NCBI GenBank assembly: GCA_964016885.1 | Contig: OZ024740.1 | Span: forward strand, 70,866,001-70,930,000 | Reading direction: 5' to 3' | DNA length: 64,000 nucleotides | Source: Eledone cirrhosa | Taxonomy: Eukaryota | In this document: positions 38,184 to 51,634 of the stretch, one piece after another | Position numbering within the stretch: position 1 is the first letter of the stretch | Layout of the letters: each line of letters begins with the position of its first letter | The notes under the pieces: model-generated | Seen by the model: only the letters and a program-made list of their open reading frames with translations | The model's database searches: none | What the model was told of the DNA's origin: nothing | Program-made: the position numbers and the translations under genes

Positions 38184-39420
38184 ACGGAGTGTAACAGCAA
38201 AATTGTCACGCTCACAAATTCCTAAAACCTCTTAAAACCAATAAATCAATAAATTAATCGATTTGCAATTTTCCAGGTTTTCAGATAAGACATCTAGTCA
38301 TACTGACACCACATTTGGTCAGAGTCAATGGAATACTTATTGAGATATTTAGTTAGAAAAAGAACAAGCTGAAATCGTTTTGTGCCAGCCTCACCATGTC
38401 TTCCCAACTGAGAAATGTGAGCTGGCTAAGATCATCCAGACCTTCAGTAATGGTATCAACATCCATTATCTGGCTTTCATCTTCAAATTCCATTCTAAAA
38501 CCATCAAGAGAATAGTGAAGAGGTTTAAGATAGCGGGAATAGTGAAGAGGAAAACTGGATCAGGAGGTCATAACCGCAATAGGATCATTATTTCAATCTG
38601 GAATCAATAAGAAGAGATCCAACTCAATCAATAAGACGCTTTGCACGTGAGGGAGGAATTTCAGCTATGACAGTTCAAAGAGCGGTGACAGAAGACTTGA
38701 AAATGAAATCGTACGTGACACCTATGAGGCACTGGAGTGATCTTTTACACATATGAGAATAATTTCACCCACGATACATCACACAAACAGACGCAACAGC
38801 CACGTCTTGTCTTCAAATCCTCACGAGAGAGACAAAAACCCTGTCAAATTGATGATTTTTTCCCCTGCGTGGCTTTTGATGGTAAAAAGATGCCATTGAT
38901 CATATTTGAGAAGGTTGAGGGATTGACAGAAGTTTTTTTATGTTCAGGTTTTGAAAGATGTAACAGACCTGGTTGCTTTCTGAATATCTTGAGGCAAGAG
39001 CCGAGGGAAACCCCAACAAGATCGCTAAGGATTTCAAGTTTACATTCCAGCAAGATAGAGCTCCTTGTCACGCAAGTGCAGTGGCTCAAAAATTTTTCAG
39101 GGATGAGTTTGGGAACAGGCTTTGGGATAAGAACACTTGGCCCCTTCCTCACTTAATTTGAACCCATTAGGCTTCTGCATCTGGAATGAACTGGTGAGAT
39201 AAGCTTGTGAGACGCCCTAGAATAACCTGTAAGCCCTCAAAATCTTCATCCGTAGGATATGGGAGGGGAAAATTGATAAGAAATTCATTAAGAAAGCTTG
39301 TGGTGCAGTCAGAAAGAAGGTTGAGGAAGTCATTGCCAAAAGAGGAGCAGCTCTTGATGCCTAACAGGTAGGATTACGGCCAGGATTGTCTTTTGCACTT
39401 TGGAATAAAACGTTGTTTTT
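38184..39420 (+). pseudogene. Tc1/mariner-superfamily transposon remnant
   Basis: VKRKTGSGGHN, FTFQQDRAPCH, WDKNTWP..SPNLNP-like motifs. Confidence 0.7.
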
Positions 39421-39488
39421 ATTTCCCGTTATACGAAGTGTTGTTGTTTTGTGGAGTGATGGTCGCGAATGGACTATCCTCTCTCTCA

Positions 39489-39651
<163 letters not shown>

Positions 39652-40198
39652 TAACAGATTAAAGTTTAAGCAAAGAATCGCTGCTTTCACACTTAACGGG
39701 ATCTTCTGATCTAAATATTTGCTCTACGGTTCTTATATATTTGATATATATTTATCCTTATCGAGCCCTCTTTGGATTTTAGTCTTCAAATTTATTATTA
39801 TTACTATATATATATATATATGAATAAATTTAGTCCTTCATCAGTGATCTTCCAACCTTCATTGGTATTTCATCGCTTTAAAGACCATATACCTCCGGTT
39901 GGTGCGAGCAACGGCTAAAGAACGTCGTTGGGACACGTAAATAAGGGGAACGAGGGGGACGAGCGAGACAGTAAACAATCAAAGATGGTAATGCAACGAA
40001 AAGTGAGGAAGAAGGAGTCAAGTCCCTGAAATCGATGAACATAAGTTCTGTGAAATCGTGGACGAGAGAGAATAAAGACCATCAAACCTGGTCGAAATGT
40101 GAGTAAGGAAAGAATTTCACACAGGTCAAACGGGAGGAAGAATGAGTCAATCCCTGAAATCGATGAACATAAGTTCTGTGAAATCGTAGACGAGAGAG

Positions 40199-40238
<40 letters not shown>

Positions 40239-40243
<5 letters not shown>

Positions 40244-40411
40244 AACAAGTAGGACCCCGACCGCTAATTCTGCGTCCAGAATTAGCCGTCCAAACGGCTT
40301 GAGCTCAGCCGTCGGGGTCCTACTCCTTCCTATTACCCACTCTACTACCCTAAGTATTGAGTACTTTGGTGCGTTATGGTCCACCTGGCTCCTTACCACA
40401 TTTCCTTCGTT
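40239..40411 (+). mobile_element. Fold-back hairpin element in (TA)n (left arm internally deleted)
   Basis: aggaccccgac..gctaattctg / cagaattagc..gtcggggtcct; same family as 30890 and 45886. Confidence 0.8.
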
Positions 40412-40414
40412 ATA

Positions 40415-40457
<43 letters not shown>

Positions 40458-40533
40458 TCTGCTATCCTCTTTCTAGCTGTGTGTATATATGTGTACAAAC
40501 ATATGTATATGCATGTTTTATGTGACGTGTATG

Positions 40534-40567
<34 letters not shown>

Positions 40568-41609
40568 CAGAGAGAGATATAGATATGTGTATCCTGTGTT
40601 CAATTGGTGGTAACCACAGTAAGTAAGGTACTCAATACATAGTAGAGTATATACAATGTTTAATATGGAAATGACTTCTACAGGAATAGAACGGTTTCAT
40701 TCGAAGTATTGTATGTGTTTATATACATACGTATGCGTTTGTGTGAGCGTACATGTGTGAGCGTACGTGTGTGTGTGTGCGTGTGTGTATGAATGTTTCA
40801 TTTGGCTGCCACCTTTCGTATACCTAATCACCTTTCAACAAACTACTTCCTTCTTCCCATTCTACTACTACTACTAGTACGACGACGACGACTGCTACTA
40901 CTACGACTACTACTACGACGACGACTGCTACTATTACTGCTGCTGCTACTACTACTACTTACTACTATTACTACTACTACTACTACTAATACTACTACTG
41001 CTGCTGTCAATAACATCACTATACTCATCATCTCGCCAGCTCTCACTACTTCTTACCAATACAAATTTCCAATTTAAAGCAATTTAGACACTTGAGAATA
41101 ATTTGAAGAGATGTCTCATTGCGTAATCTTAAAGTGTGCTAATGTAATTTGTGTCTTAAATTGTTAATTAAAAATGGACATATAGTCACAATTACGTCTT
41201 TCAATTAATGAGCTGCCTATTAAAATACATGGGTGAATTATATCAATTCAACTCCAATTCAAAGTCCCGTTTGTCATCTTCAATGTGTGCGTATGTGCAT
41301 ATATAAATATATGCGTGTGTGTGTGTGTATTTGTGTGTGTACGTATGTGTTTGTGCGTGCATGTGAATCCATGCGTATGTGTGGTGGGGGGGGAGTGCAG
41401 ATTTACTCTAGACATATATAGAATACATAACATTGTTAATATTATCTTTTAAATCATTTTTTTTTTTTTTCATGTTGTATGACTTCCTTACAATTTGTTT
41501 AGAACAGTAACATTCTTAAATACATCCTAAACGTTTTTATTCCTTCATGTTCTTATCTTCAAGATAAGCTTTTATATAGTAACAGAGCCAATGCGAATGG
41601 TGTAGATGA

Positions 41610-41700
41610 GGCATGGGCAACCTTTTTCAAGCAGTGGGCCACATAGGATCTGGCTCATCAGAAGGCGGCCGCACTACTAAAAAAATTCAAGGCAATTTTG
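41610..41700 (+). mobile_element. Possible hAT-type non-autonomous element end
   Basis: aggcatgggcaaccttttt...gggccaca resembles hAT termini; no partner TIR found. Confidence 0.3.
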
Positions 41701-42970
41701 AAATTAGGCGTGCCATTCAGAAAGCCAAACGGACCGCAGTTTATCCTTTTTTTTTGCGAAAGGAGATAAACGCCTTTGGTTATATATCTGCTCGATCAAG
41801 CCTCCATTGGGGGTGAACAACAAATTGAACATATGTATGAACAACCTCACAATCTTATTTTCCCCTCCATTAGTACATAGCTTCCTGTCAAAAGAATCCA
41901 TCGTAGAAAGTAAAGAATAAATTGCTGGTGTGTTGAAATTCAGTCCCAATTTCGGGTATGAAGTTGATATATGTTTACTACACATCTGACTGGCGGAAAA
42001 CTATAAAGTATATAATAGTTCTTTGTCGGCTTTTTCTCTATAACAACAATGCGAGACCGTATAAAAACATTGCTGGGCCTCTAGGCTTTCTGGAATTACA
42101 AGTGCCCTCTGACACTAGACAGCTTCATGAATAATCCAGCTCTGGCACAAGGCTTCACAGACAATCATATCGAAAGAAACCAATGTTTGCCAATCATTCT
42201 TTTGAGTGCAATCAATAACAGAGATTGGTCATGAATTACAGACAAGACATTATAAGTAGAGAGTAGAGAGTGGAAGAAAGTTATATGAATGCGAGACATA
42301 GATGCTTTTGCTTTTGAAACTTCATGTTCATCGTTATGTAGCTTTGCTTATATATATGTGTGTGTGTGTGTGTGTGTAAAGGTAAACAGAAATAACAACA
42401 CAATCGGTACAGTATATGGAAGGGTTATATTAGATTAACGCTTGATATAGCAGGAAGAGGGTCTTAACATTTTGAATGCTAGTCCTTCATCAGAAGAAAG
42501 AATGAGAAATAAGATAGATTGAGAGGAATGCTTAAAAATACGAATAAGAAGAAAGCAAGAACAGGGGGGGGTCCTCATCAGTTGTCTGCTGGGGGTCTCG
42601 GATATTTCTACGCATTAAAGACAAGATATCTACCCCCAGTGCGTTCAATAACTAGATAAGTTATTGGGAAAACGAAAGAGGGAAGGAAAGAAAATATAGG
42701 ATAACAGAAGGGAAAAGGAAAAAAAGAGAAAAGAGAAAAACTGCGAAAAAAACGAAAAAAAACGGGACTCAGCCGGATGGCTGGAACAGGTAAAAGAGTA
42801 AAAGAGTAAACAACAAACCAAAGAGAGTGCGAGCAATTTGAAGAGACAAAATTCAAGTCCACGACGATTACTGGACATAAGTTCTAGATTGTGTGGGCGA
42901 GCGAAAAGATATGTCTGATCCCAGCGAATGTGAGTGAGCAGCTAAAAACAGCGAAAATAAACGGGAAACA

Positions 42971-43047
42971 ACAAACTGAGGAGGTTTCGATTCCAGAGTC
43001 AGGAACGAACATAATCGATCGGACTGCTCTGAAACATATGTAATATG
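42971..43047 (+). ncRNA. Type I hammerhead motif (degenerate stem I)
   Basis: CTGAGGA...GAAACATATGTA; palindromic stem III ACATATGT, site GUA. Confidence 0.6.
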
Positions 43048-43126
43048 TAATTATATAATATATATACACACACACATAAAATACGTAAGAACGTTGTGCA
43101 AAAGCATCATTCTTAAGTTTATTCCG

Positions 43127-43213
43127 GTGTGACGCGCGTTTCGCGATTGATCAGATCAAGGTTTGATCTGTATCGATCGGGCCCGACTCTGGAATCAATA
43201 GCTCATCAGACTC
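43127..43213 (-). ncRNA. Type I hammerhead with branched stem II
   Basis: Minus strand CTGATGA-GCTATTGAT...ATCAATCGC-GAAACGCGCGTC; palindromic stem III ACGCGCGT, site GUC; stem I weak. Confidence 0.75.
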
Positions 43214-43277
43214 TTGGTTTATATATATATGTGTGTTCTTCTCCTCGTGTTATCACCTTTTTTCGGTGTTCTCTGGT

Positions 43278-43415
43278 TCTTTTTTTCTTTTTTTCTTTTT
43301 TTCTTTTTTTCTTTTTTTCTTTTTTTCTTTTTTTCTTTTTTTCTTTTTTTCTTTTTTTCTTTTTTTCTTTTTTTCTTTTTTTCTTTTTTTCTTTTTTTCT
43401 TTTTTTCTTTTTTTC
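43278..43415. repeat. Polypyrimidine (T6-7C)n tract
   Basis: Direct reading. Confidence 0.9.
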
Positions 43416-44359
43416 CCTTCCGTTGAATATTTTTTCTCTCTCCTTTTTTACTTCCCTAATAACTTTCAAAAGATGCACTGGAGTTAGACATATTATCTTT
43501 AATGCGTTGAAATGTCGTCACCTCCAGCAGACAACTGAAGAAGGCACTGCCCCTTGTTTGTGCTTTCCTTTTATTTATATACTAGCTTCAATACCCGGTA
43601 TTACCCTGGAAATGTGGGGTTATTCGCAGTTCCCAGAATGCGCCTGAAAATGCTAGCGACCCTGGGTGCCCATACTGGATTTTCAATAGCAACCTCTGCT
43701 AGGTGTGTTTATGGCAGATCAATTTTTTGTGTGGAACTATCAATAGCTGTTTAAGTCATAAGTCCTTCCATCCAGCTTTCTTCATTCAGACTGAATAAGC
43801 CGGGGAAGTTTGAGCTCGAAGAGTATCGAACTTATTCAACAAACTTACGTATGAGAATAGCAAACTTACTGCCTTATCGCTCAAAAACAAAGACAGCACA
43901 ATTGTGGAAGTCATCGCAATTATTGAAGAAATTATAACCGAGTGAGCGTATTCAGGTACAGTTCAAGCACCCTGTATATCACCGTTTGTAAAGACATTCG
44001 AATGACTGAAGCAATTCAATAAAACCATCCCGTTTCTTCCCTATAGTAGACATAACCCGAGAAAACACCATAAATAGTCGGATAAACAATCAGAAGTGTT
44101 GGCCCTAAAGAGGGCCTTGTAACGTTCACTGTTGCAAAGTGTCAATAGTGTCATCTTCTTAATTCGTCTTAATCTTCCCACGATCCGACACTTCGAAATA
44201 TCGACAAAATAAACTCTACTCTCAAAGACAGCATGTTACAATTAAGATGCCGGGAGTACGAATATTCGTCAACATACGATTTGGGTTTTATTCTTCGGAC
44301 TAATCTCATGGTAAGCTAACTTCCAGGTCATTGATCATCACACATTTTTGTAACTTATC

Positions 44360-44835
44360 ACCGATTCCTGTAGTTGACCTTAATATGACCTAAGCGTGTG
44401 AATGTGTTCAGAATCCATATCAGTGGATGTGATATATATATATCATATACACACACACACAGACAGAGATCTGTTCAGTCGTCAACCAAAATTAGATTGT
44501 CGTCTGCTGTGTTTGAAATTTCTTTATGTATATCTCTAAGTTGTTGCCTCGTTTTAGAGGACTGAACTGTGGGAGGGGGAGCGGGAGTAGTGGGAGGGAG
44601 GGTTTAACATACATTAGTAGTATCTCCTCTTCCTCCTCTCTCACTGAAACGTCTTCTCTTTCCTTCTCCATTATAAAGATTCCATTATTGATTTTTATTG
44701 AAATCAAATTAGCTAGTCATGTTTCTGAATATTAGCTTAACATGTCTGTAAAGTTTGATCAGGATTGGATCACTGGTGTAGGCGCCAACTGGTTACACAC
44801 AGACAGACAGAAATTGCCATTTATATAGTAGATAT
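44360..44835 (+). mobile_element. Possible Helentron/HINE-like non-autonomous element
   Basis: aagtttgatcaggattggatc followed by ACAGACAGACAGA and a tttatatagtagat end; recognised by resemblance only. Confidence 0.35.
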
Positions 44836-45204
44836 ATATAGTATTCTACTCTAACCATAATTTTCAGTAGTACCACCCCACATAAATTCCTCAATTTAAG
44901 AATGACCTGTAGTATCGAATTTCATACTATAAACCACAATTGAATATATATCTGACCAGGAATACTTTTTGTGAAAATCAGTCATATGGAACTATTGTCA
45001 TCTTGCCTGACGGTTTGAACTTTACAACACCATTTGCCTCTTTGAGGTCAAATACCAACCCTACTAGCATCTACAAACTGACCAATGAGAATTAAGATTA
45101 TTCCTGCTGACAACATTAAATTATTCCTAACAAGCTCATATGTCCCAAAGCCCTGATACCACCAACACCATAAACACAGAGCTGGCATATCTAAGATCGG
45201 ACTA

Positions 45205-45260
45205 ACTGCCTGATGAGGTCATAGCCATTCAATGGCTATCATCGAAATATATATAGCAGT
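45205..45260 (+). ncRNA. Type I hammerhead ribozyme
   Basis: Stem I ACTGC/GCAGT, CTGATGA, stem II ATAGCCA/TGGCTAT, GAAA, palindromic stem III ATATATAT, site AUA; AATAAA just downstream. Confidence 0.8.
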
Positions 45261-45539
45261 AAATAAAGGATTATGAGTTCATGCAATTGACTTATGTTTC
45301 GTCACTATATATATATATAAGTATGTATGTATGTACACGTACATACATATATGTATACAGACGTACAGTAGTATGTATATATATACATACATGCACACAT
45401 ATATACATGCACGAATCGGTTTACCGAACATTTATTATAATGCTCGGTTTGTTTGTTTGTAAACAAACAAACAGCCAGAAATACGCCGTACAGTTTTTAG
45501 GCAACCACGTCACCTTTTTTGTTCAACACTGACACAGGA

Positions 45540-45582
45540 ACGATGTACTAGTTTCAAACTTATTAGCTATCGTCAGCATCGT
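45540..45582 (-). ncRNA. Minimal type I hammerhead ribozyme, apparently intact
   Basis: Minus strand ACGATG-CTGACGA-TAGCTAATAAGTTT-GAAACTAGTA-CATCGT; 6-bp stem I, palindromic stem III ACTAGT, site GUA. Confidence 0.85.
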
Positions 45583-45665
45583 ATACCTTCCTGCCAGATG
45601 GTTGAACGTCTGAAAGTATATACTTTACTTATGCATATTAACGGCTGAGCAGCCTAATTTGCATG

Positions 45666-45731
<66 letters not shown>

Positions 45732-45838
45732 CTACTGTACGTCTGTATACATATATGTATGTACGTATACATACATACTTACATTTAAGTAAGTGCCGTA
45801 CTAAGAGTGAGAAATGAAATTTCGTTTCCTTCTATTCC

Positions 45839-45885
<47 letters not shown>

Positions 45886-45887
<2 letters not shown>

Positions 45888-46076
45888 AAAAAGTATGACC
45901 CCGACGGCAGAGCTCAAGCCGTTTCGACGGCTATTTCTGGTTCAGAAATAGCCGTCGAAACGGCTTGAGCTCTGCCCTCGGGGTCATACTTTTTCCTATT
46001 ACCAACTCTACTACCCTAAGTATTGAGTACTCTGGTGCGTTATGGTCCATCTGGTTCCTTACCATAACTCCTTCGT

Positions 46077-46077
<1 letters not shown>
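45886..46077 (+). mobile_element. Fold-back hairpin element in (TA)n
   Basis: ~52-bp inverted arms 45887-45995 around a short GTT loop. Confidence 0.85.
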
Positions 46078-46110
<33 letters not shown>

Positions 46111-46514
46111 TCCATACAGTGATCATGTCTCGAGCTACCTACCGGCGAAACAATTGTAACATGCAATAAACTGAGTCCAGATGCATCACTGTTTTTTCGT
46201 TTTTTTATACTATCCACACTCTGCTCTGTATGAATATTGAGTGCTAATTTTGGCATACCGCCTATGGAAGCACCATAGCTACCATTATACACGCGTATAT
46301 ATATTTTTTTTAAGTAAAGAAACTCATATATTTTTTTTTTTAAGTAAAGAAATTCAAACACACACACACACACAAGCACACAAATAAACATACATATCTT
46401 TACTTTCTTTATTCAATAGAAAATCTGAATTCTGACACCCCAGCGAACTAACCATATTCACTGAACCAGAACAATTCTCCCATCCCTTTCTCTTGACCAT
46501 TATCTTTCACTTTA

Positions 46515-46703
46515 GCGGTGGATTGGCAGTATCGGTAGAGGGTCTGACGCTATGCTTTGCAGCAAAGAGTTACGCCCCTTTATGGTTTGAGTTCAAATCC
46601 CGCCGAGGTTAACTTTGCCTTTCATCCTTACGGGGTCGATAAAATAAAGTACCAGTAATGCACTGGATAATTGCTGGCCTTGTGCCAAAAGTAGAAACAA
46701 TTA
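46515..46703 (+). mobile_element. tRNA-derived SINE, near full length
   Basis: A box TGGCAGTATCGG, B box GAGTTCAAATCC, conserved core and tail. Confidence 0.82.
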
Positions 46704-47319
46704 TCTTTCACTTATCATAAAATTCTCTAAAAACGCTACAGAATGGATTTCCAAATAAGGGCACGAAAATTTAATGAAAACTTGTTCACGTGACAACCAT
46801 AATTTCATTTATAACCAACCAAAAAAAAAAAAAAAAAAAAAAAAAAGCCTTCGTGAGCCCCTTTTTTCAAGTAAAAAGAAATTCAAACACTCATATATGA
46901 AAAAACAACCTGTGACAACTCCCCCCTCTTATTTGAAGAACTATTGTAACGCGAACTGGCGCGAAATTTATTATAATTATTGACAAACCAATCAAATTAC
47001 TTCTCGAAAAACCTGGCATTTCGAGCCACTTTTTCCATATAAAACAAGTAACATTCAGAGACCAAACAGATGTGAGAAAAACCACAGACCCTCCATCTCA
47101 ACTCACCTTTTGAAAAGCAGAAGAACTGCGAAACCGGTAAAGGAACCAAATAAATATATATATATTTTTTTTAAATAAGACTCCAGTTGCATTTTCGATT
47201 TCATCTCTTTTTCTTTATACTTTCACTCGTGTAGGACACCTCGGTTATTTTTCATTTTGTAAAAAAAACCTCACTTTCTAATATATATATATACAATAAG
47301 TTGACGGAACTAGCATCGG

Positions 47320-47380
<61 letters not shown>

Positions 47381-47984
47381 TATGAAATCGATGCTAGTTG
47401 TATTAATCTCCCGAGACTTACAATTAATCTGTTAATAATTTTATTGACAGATTCATTGCATAAGTTTATTTTAAAAACTACCCGGTTGAGTGCTTATTCG
47501 ATTTGTGCTATTTATTTGCATTAATTTGTTTGCATGATTTATACATACTGAATTCATTTGCCAAAATCTGGAGTTTTTTCCCTTATGAGTTACACAAAGC
47601 TCTACGTCATTCACAAAGTTGGTGCAGAGCAAAATACCTGTTGATAACGTGATATTCCTTGTTCGATCATTATACCAAAAGCTTATAGTTTTAAGCAGAC
47701 AGTATTATTGATTTAGGTGTCATAGAAACCTTGCATTTGGATTTTACCATGAATTCCAATGGGTCCAGATCTGTTTTTATCATTTATTTTGTTTGACCTA
47801 TTTAGCTTGATTTGTGTTTGGGTTTAGGTGGTTAATGCCTTCTTGACCACTTTTTCAGTTTGTATGGCGTTTTAACATATTGTTTAGCTCTGGTTTTTTA
47901 ACTATTGAGCGCTTGCCAGCATAACTCTGATTTTGCGTTTAGTTTCGCTTTTTCTATCCGCCGAAATGCGATTCTCGCTGAATT

Positions 47985-48029
<45 letters not shown>

Positions 48030-48680
48030 ATGACAGCTAATGATAATGAATTTGTTTTCCCATTCATGCTACCACCCACCTTTGTGTCGCCTCTGTACAA
48101 ATCTCGTCCTTTACTCATCCGTTCCTGCTGTTCTTCTGTCTGTTTCTCACAATATCTTTTGCCATTTTTGCTCAGACAGATAGATATATAGGGTTGAATG
48201 AGAGAGATGGGAAGAGAGGGGAAGAGAGGGGAAGAAAGAGAGACAGCGAGGGAGAGAGGGAGGTAATGCGTCATAGAGAGTAAAGGAGACAACAATGAAC
48301 GAGGAAGGGAGAGTGTGTGCGAAAAATGAGAGTAAGTCAGAAATGTAGGGAAAATAAGAAGAAACAAAAAAAATTATAAGGAAATAAACAAAGAGGAAAT
48401 GATAGGCAAATAAAGAGTTAATGGGAGTGAGGGAATATATAAGACAACGAGGGTGAGAGTTAGAGACAGAGATAGAGAGGAGGTAGCATCTAGTGTGTGT
48501 GTGTGTTCGTGTGTGTGTGTGTGTGTTCGTGTGTGTGTGTGGGTGTGTGTTCGTGTGTGTGTTCATGTGTGTGGAGGGGTGTTCGTGTGTGTGTTCATGT
48601 GTGTGGGTGGGCGTGTCCGTGTGTGTTTGTATGTGGGTGTGGGTGTGGGTGTGTGTTCGTGTGTGTGTTCGTGTGTGTGT

Positions 48681-48763
<83 letters not shown>

Positions 48764-49529
48764 GTTAACAAGTGATGAAAGATATGATTATTGCATTTGA
48801 AAGGGTGAATCATTTCCTCCAGTAAGTCTCACGTCCGTATTAAACCACTTCCACCCCTCCACTAACATCACCACCGCAACTCCATCACCAGTAGCTTCAC
48901 CATCATTACCATCACCACCATTACCATCATTACCACCAGCATTACTACCATTAACACCACCACCATCATCACCATCACCAACACCACCCGCACCAGCACC
49001 ACCACCAGCACCACCACCACTCAAAGCAATGATCACTACTCTTACAACTATTGTGTATAACGTATAGAGGTCTCATTATGATAAATTCCCGCCGCACACC
49101 ACCTCCAACAAACCAGACACCCACCACCACCACCACTACAACCATTAAAATGAACTTCCTATTTCGCCTGTAAATAAATACAAGGTGTTTTTGTCTCTTC
49201 GTTATTCTACCGTTCTTGTCAATGCATGTTCTAGTCCACCCATTTCTTTAGTAATGATAACCGAGTACAAGAAAAACAACGTTTATAGAGTACACAACAA
49301 AGGTGTGAAAATAAAGAAAAAATATTTCTTTTCTTTTCTCATGAACACATACGCACATCCGCACATGCACACGCACGCACACCTTCAAGCACATACGCAC
49401 ACGCATGATGTGTTTTTGGCTAGTTTAGATTTATTGTATTTAGTTGTTGAGTAAGGTTGCATAGTGAAAAGGTGTCAATGTTTTTTTCTCCTTTGGCTAT
49501 ATGCTACCGTACACTATCATTTTTTGCCG

Positions 49530-49630
49530 ATGTTAACTTTGCCTTTCATCCTTACGGGGGTCGATAAAATAGAGTACCAGTAATACACTGAAGTAATTGC
49601 TGGCCTTGTGCCAAAAGTAGAAACAATTAT
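49530..49630 (+). mobile_element. tRNA-derived SINE, 3' half
   Basis: Core and tail match 46515-46703. Confidence 0.75.
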
Positions 49631-49858
49631 TTTTCTCTCTTTCTTTTCAATTGATGCATTTCTGTTTGTAGCAGATGTGAGTAATTCGTTGAAAGGCACA
49701 ATTCGTCCTGCCTCTACTTGTTTTGTTGCGTCTGAACGTGCACAGGAATGAATAGTATCAACCTTAAAATTCAGAAACTATAGTAATTTCCAGAGGTTGA
49801 CTGATGAGAAATGTCTGTCCAATTTTCCATTGTCTTTGTTCGGTTCGCCCCCTTTTTG

Positions 49859-49956
<98 letters not shown>

Positions 49957-50152
49957 GTATTATACCTCCGATAATGGTCTCTAGGAAAAGGGTTTTTTTC
50001 TGTTGACAGGATTAAGTATTTAGTGCATTACAGAGTATATGCTGCTAATATATCTGCTTGCCACAACTAACAGAAACAAGATATTGAGAGCGATTGTGGC
50101 CTGATGAATTTCCTTTTCTTAATACCAGTATATATGTATGTGTGTATATATA

Positions 50153-50233
<81 letters not shown>

Positions 50234-50840
50234 TTATGTGTGTGTGTGTGAAAAAGAGTTAGTTAATTTAGAATCAGCTGACTTATATATAACAAATTTC
50301 AAGCACTCAACGTTATGTCTAACCGGAATTTTCCCCACTCATATAATATCTTATGTGTTGAGGTTGTTTATTCTATCTCATATGCTTGCCGGGTACGGAT
50401 CTGAACAGCTGGTCTGACCGCCCGCATATTAAAAGATTTCTATATCTCCCATAGATTTTATCTGAAGAGAACATGTTTCGGCTTATGTTATACATAAGCC
50501 TTGCTTCTTCGAAATGCGCATAATAAAACGAATTGGGATGGTCTAAAGTAAGTGTCTTTCGTTTAATATAATTATTATTATCATATGTATATATATACAT
50601 ATGATAATATATATATATATATATATATTGTCACTGGTCTATTTACCTGACTACATTTTACAATTTTAGAGAGATTTTGACAAGAACATTGCAGCATTAA
50701 TTTTTGTCCCCTGGTACGCCCCTGGAACAAGGCCCTTGGGTGCACGTGTTGGTGAACTTACACGTTGATTTCAAACATCGTCGAAACCGACTAAAATTCA
50801 TCCTAAGTATACAAGACAAGTGTGTATGTATGCAGGCATG

Positions 50841-51012
50841 TATGAGTGTCGGCTGAAAAGTTCATAGGCTATAAAGGACTTATTCTAGAGCTGTGAAATC
50901 TTGCATGCAGCTCTTCTTATTAATAACTGCATTCTTTCTTTCCGGGCACTATGTTGAAAAATAAACCTCATTTGGTCTTTCCATGAAAGTATTTTGGTCA
51001 GCCGACCCTCGT
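50841..51012 (+). mobile_element. Mariner-derived MITE/deletion derivative
   Basis: Imperfect TIRs tatgagtgtcggctga / tcagccgaccctcgt; internal agctgtgaa..ctcttcttattaata.ctgcatt shared with the mariner leader at 21890-21950. Confidence 0.65.
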
Positions 51013-51101
51013 TTATCGGCATGCATGCAGGCATGTATGTATATGTATGTATATATTTATGTATGCATGTATGTATATATGTATATATTTATGTATGTAT
51101 G

Positions 51102-51634
51102 CAACCCCACCAAGTTTACTTGGCGAGGAGGGTGATTTTGGACACCCTGCAGGACAAAAAACAAAACCTGACAAAGGGGGAAGAACTCATAAGAGTCAAC
51201 GGCCATCCAAAAGTGTGTAAATATGTATATACACATGTACATATGTATATGTGTATATACATGGGTGCATGTGTATGTATATGCGCGGAGACATAGAAAT
51301 AGTTTGGCTGAGCACCCGATCGCGCAGTTAAACCACTGGGAGTGAAGGACCCCTAGCCTTTGTCAGGGCATTCTTCTAGGAGAAGGAAACTCAGCAAACT
51401 GGGATAACTCCGACATAAAACCTGCGGCTCAGTAGTTACCGATGATGTTGATCTTTTCTTCTTTTCGGGTTATTGTTACTGTCGCTCAGAGAGTGGGATT
51501 GGCTCAGTGCACAGTCTTTCGTCACTTTAAAAAATATCTTCACGCACAGGCATTGCATGATAGAATAATTTAATAATTATTAATAATGGTATATCGTGCA
51601 ATGGCCATACTCGATAATGAAGGGGCAGCCATCA
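51102..51634 (+). mobile_element. Diverged sister family of the RTE-derived bipartite element
   Basis: Shares gcaaccccaccaag, ctaggagaaggaaac, gagagtggga and a tggcc.tactcga...ggcagcca.catg terminus; TATG-rich flanks. Confidence 0.72.

Noticed and set aside
40793-41077. Leu/Arg/Thr-rich ORF resembling a signal peptide (also Gly-rich 48788-49036)
   Set aside because: Derived from (CTA)/(CGA)/(CCA) trinucleotide repeats; no splice or homology support
46515-46605. tRNA gene
   Set aside because: A/B boxes are present but run into a SINE body that is repeated many times; no cloverleaf
49801-50120. Isolated CTGATGA heptamers at 49801 and 50101
   Set aside because: No stem II/GAAA/stem III arrangement follows
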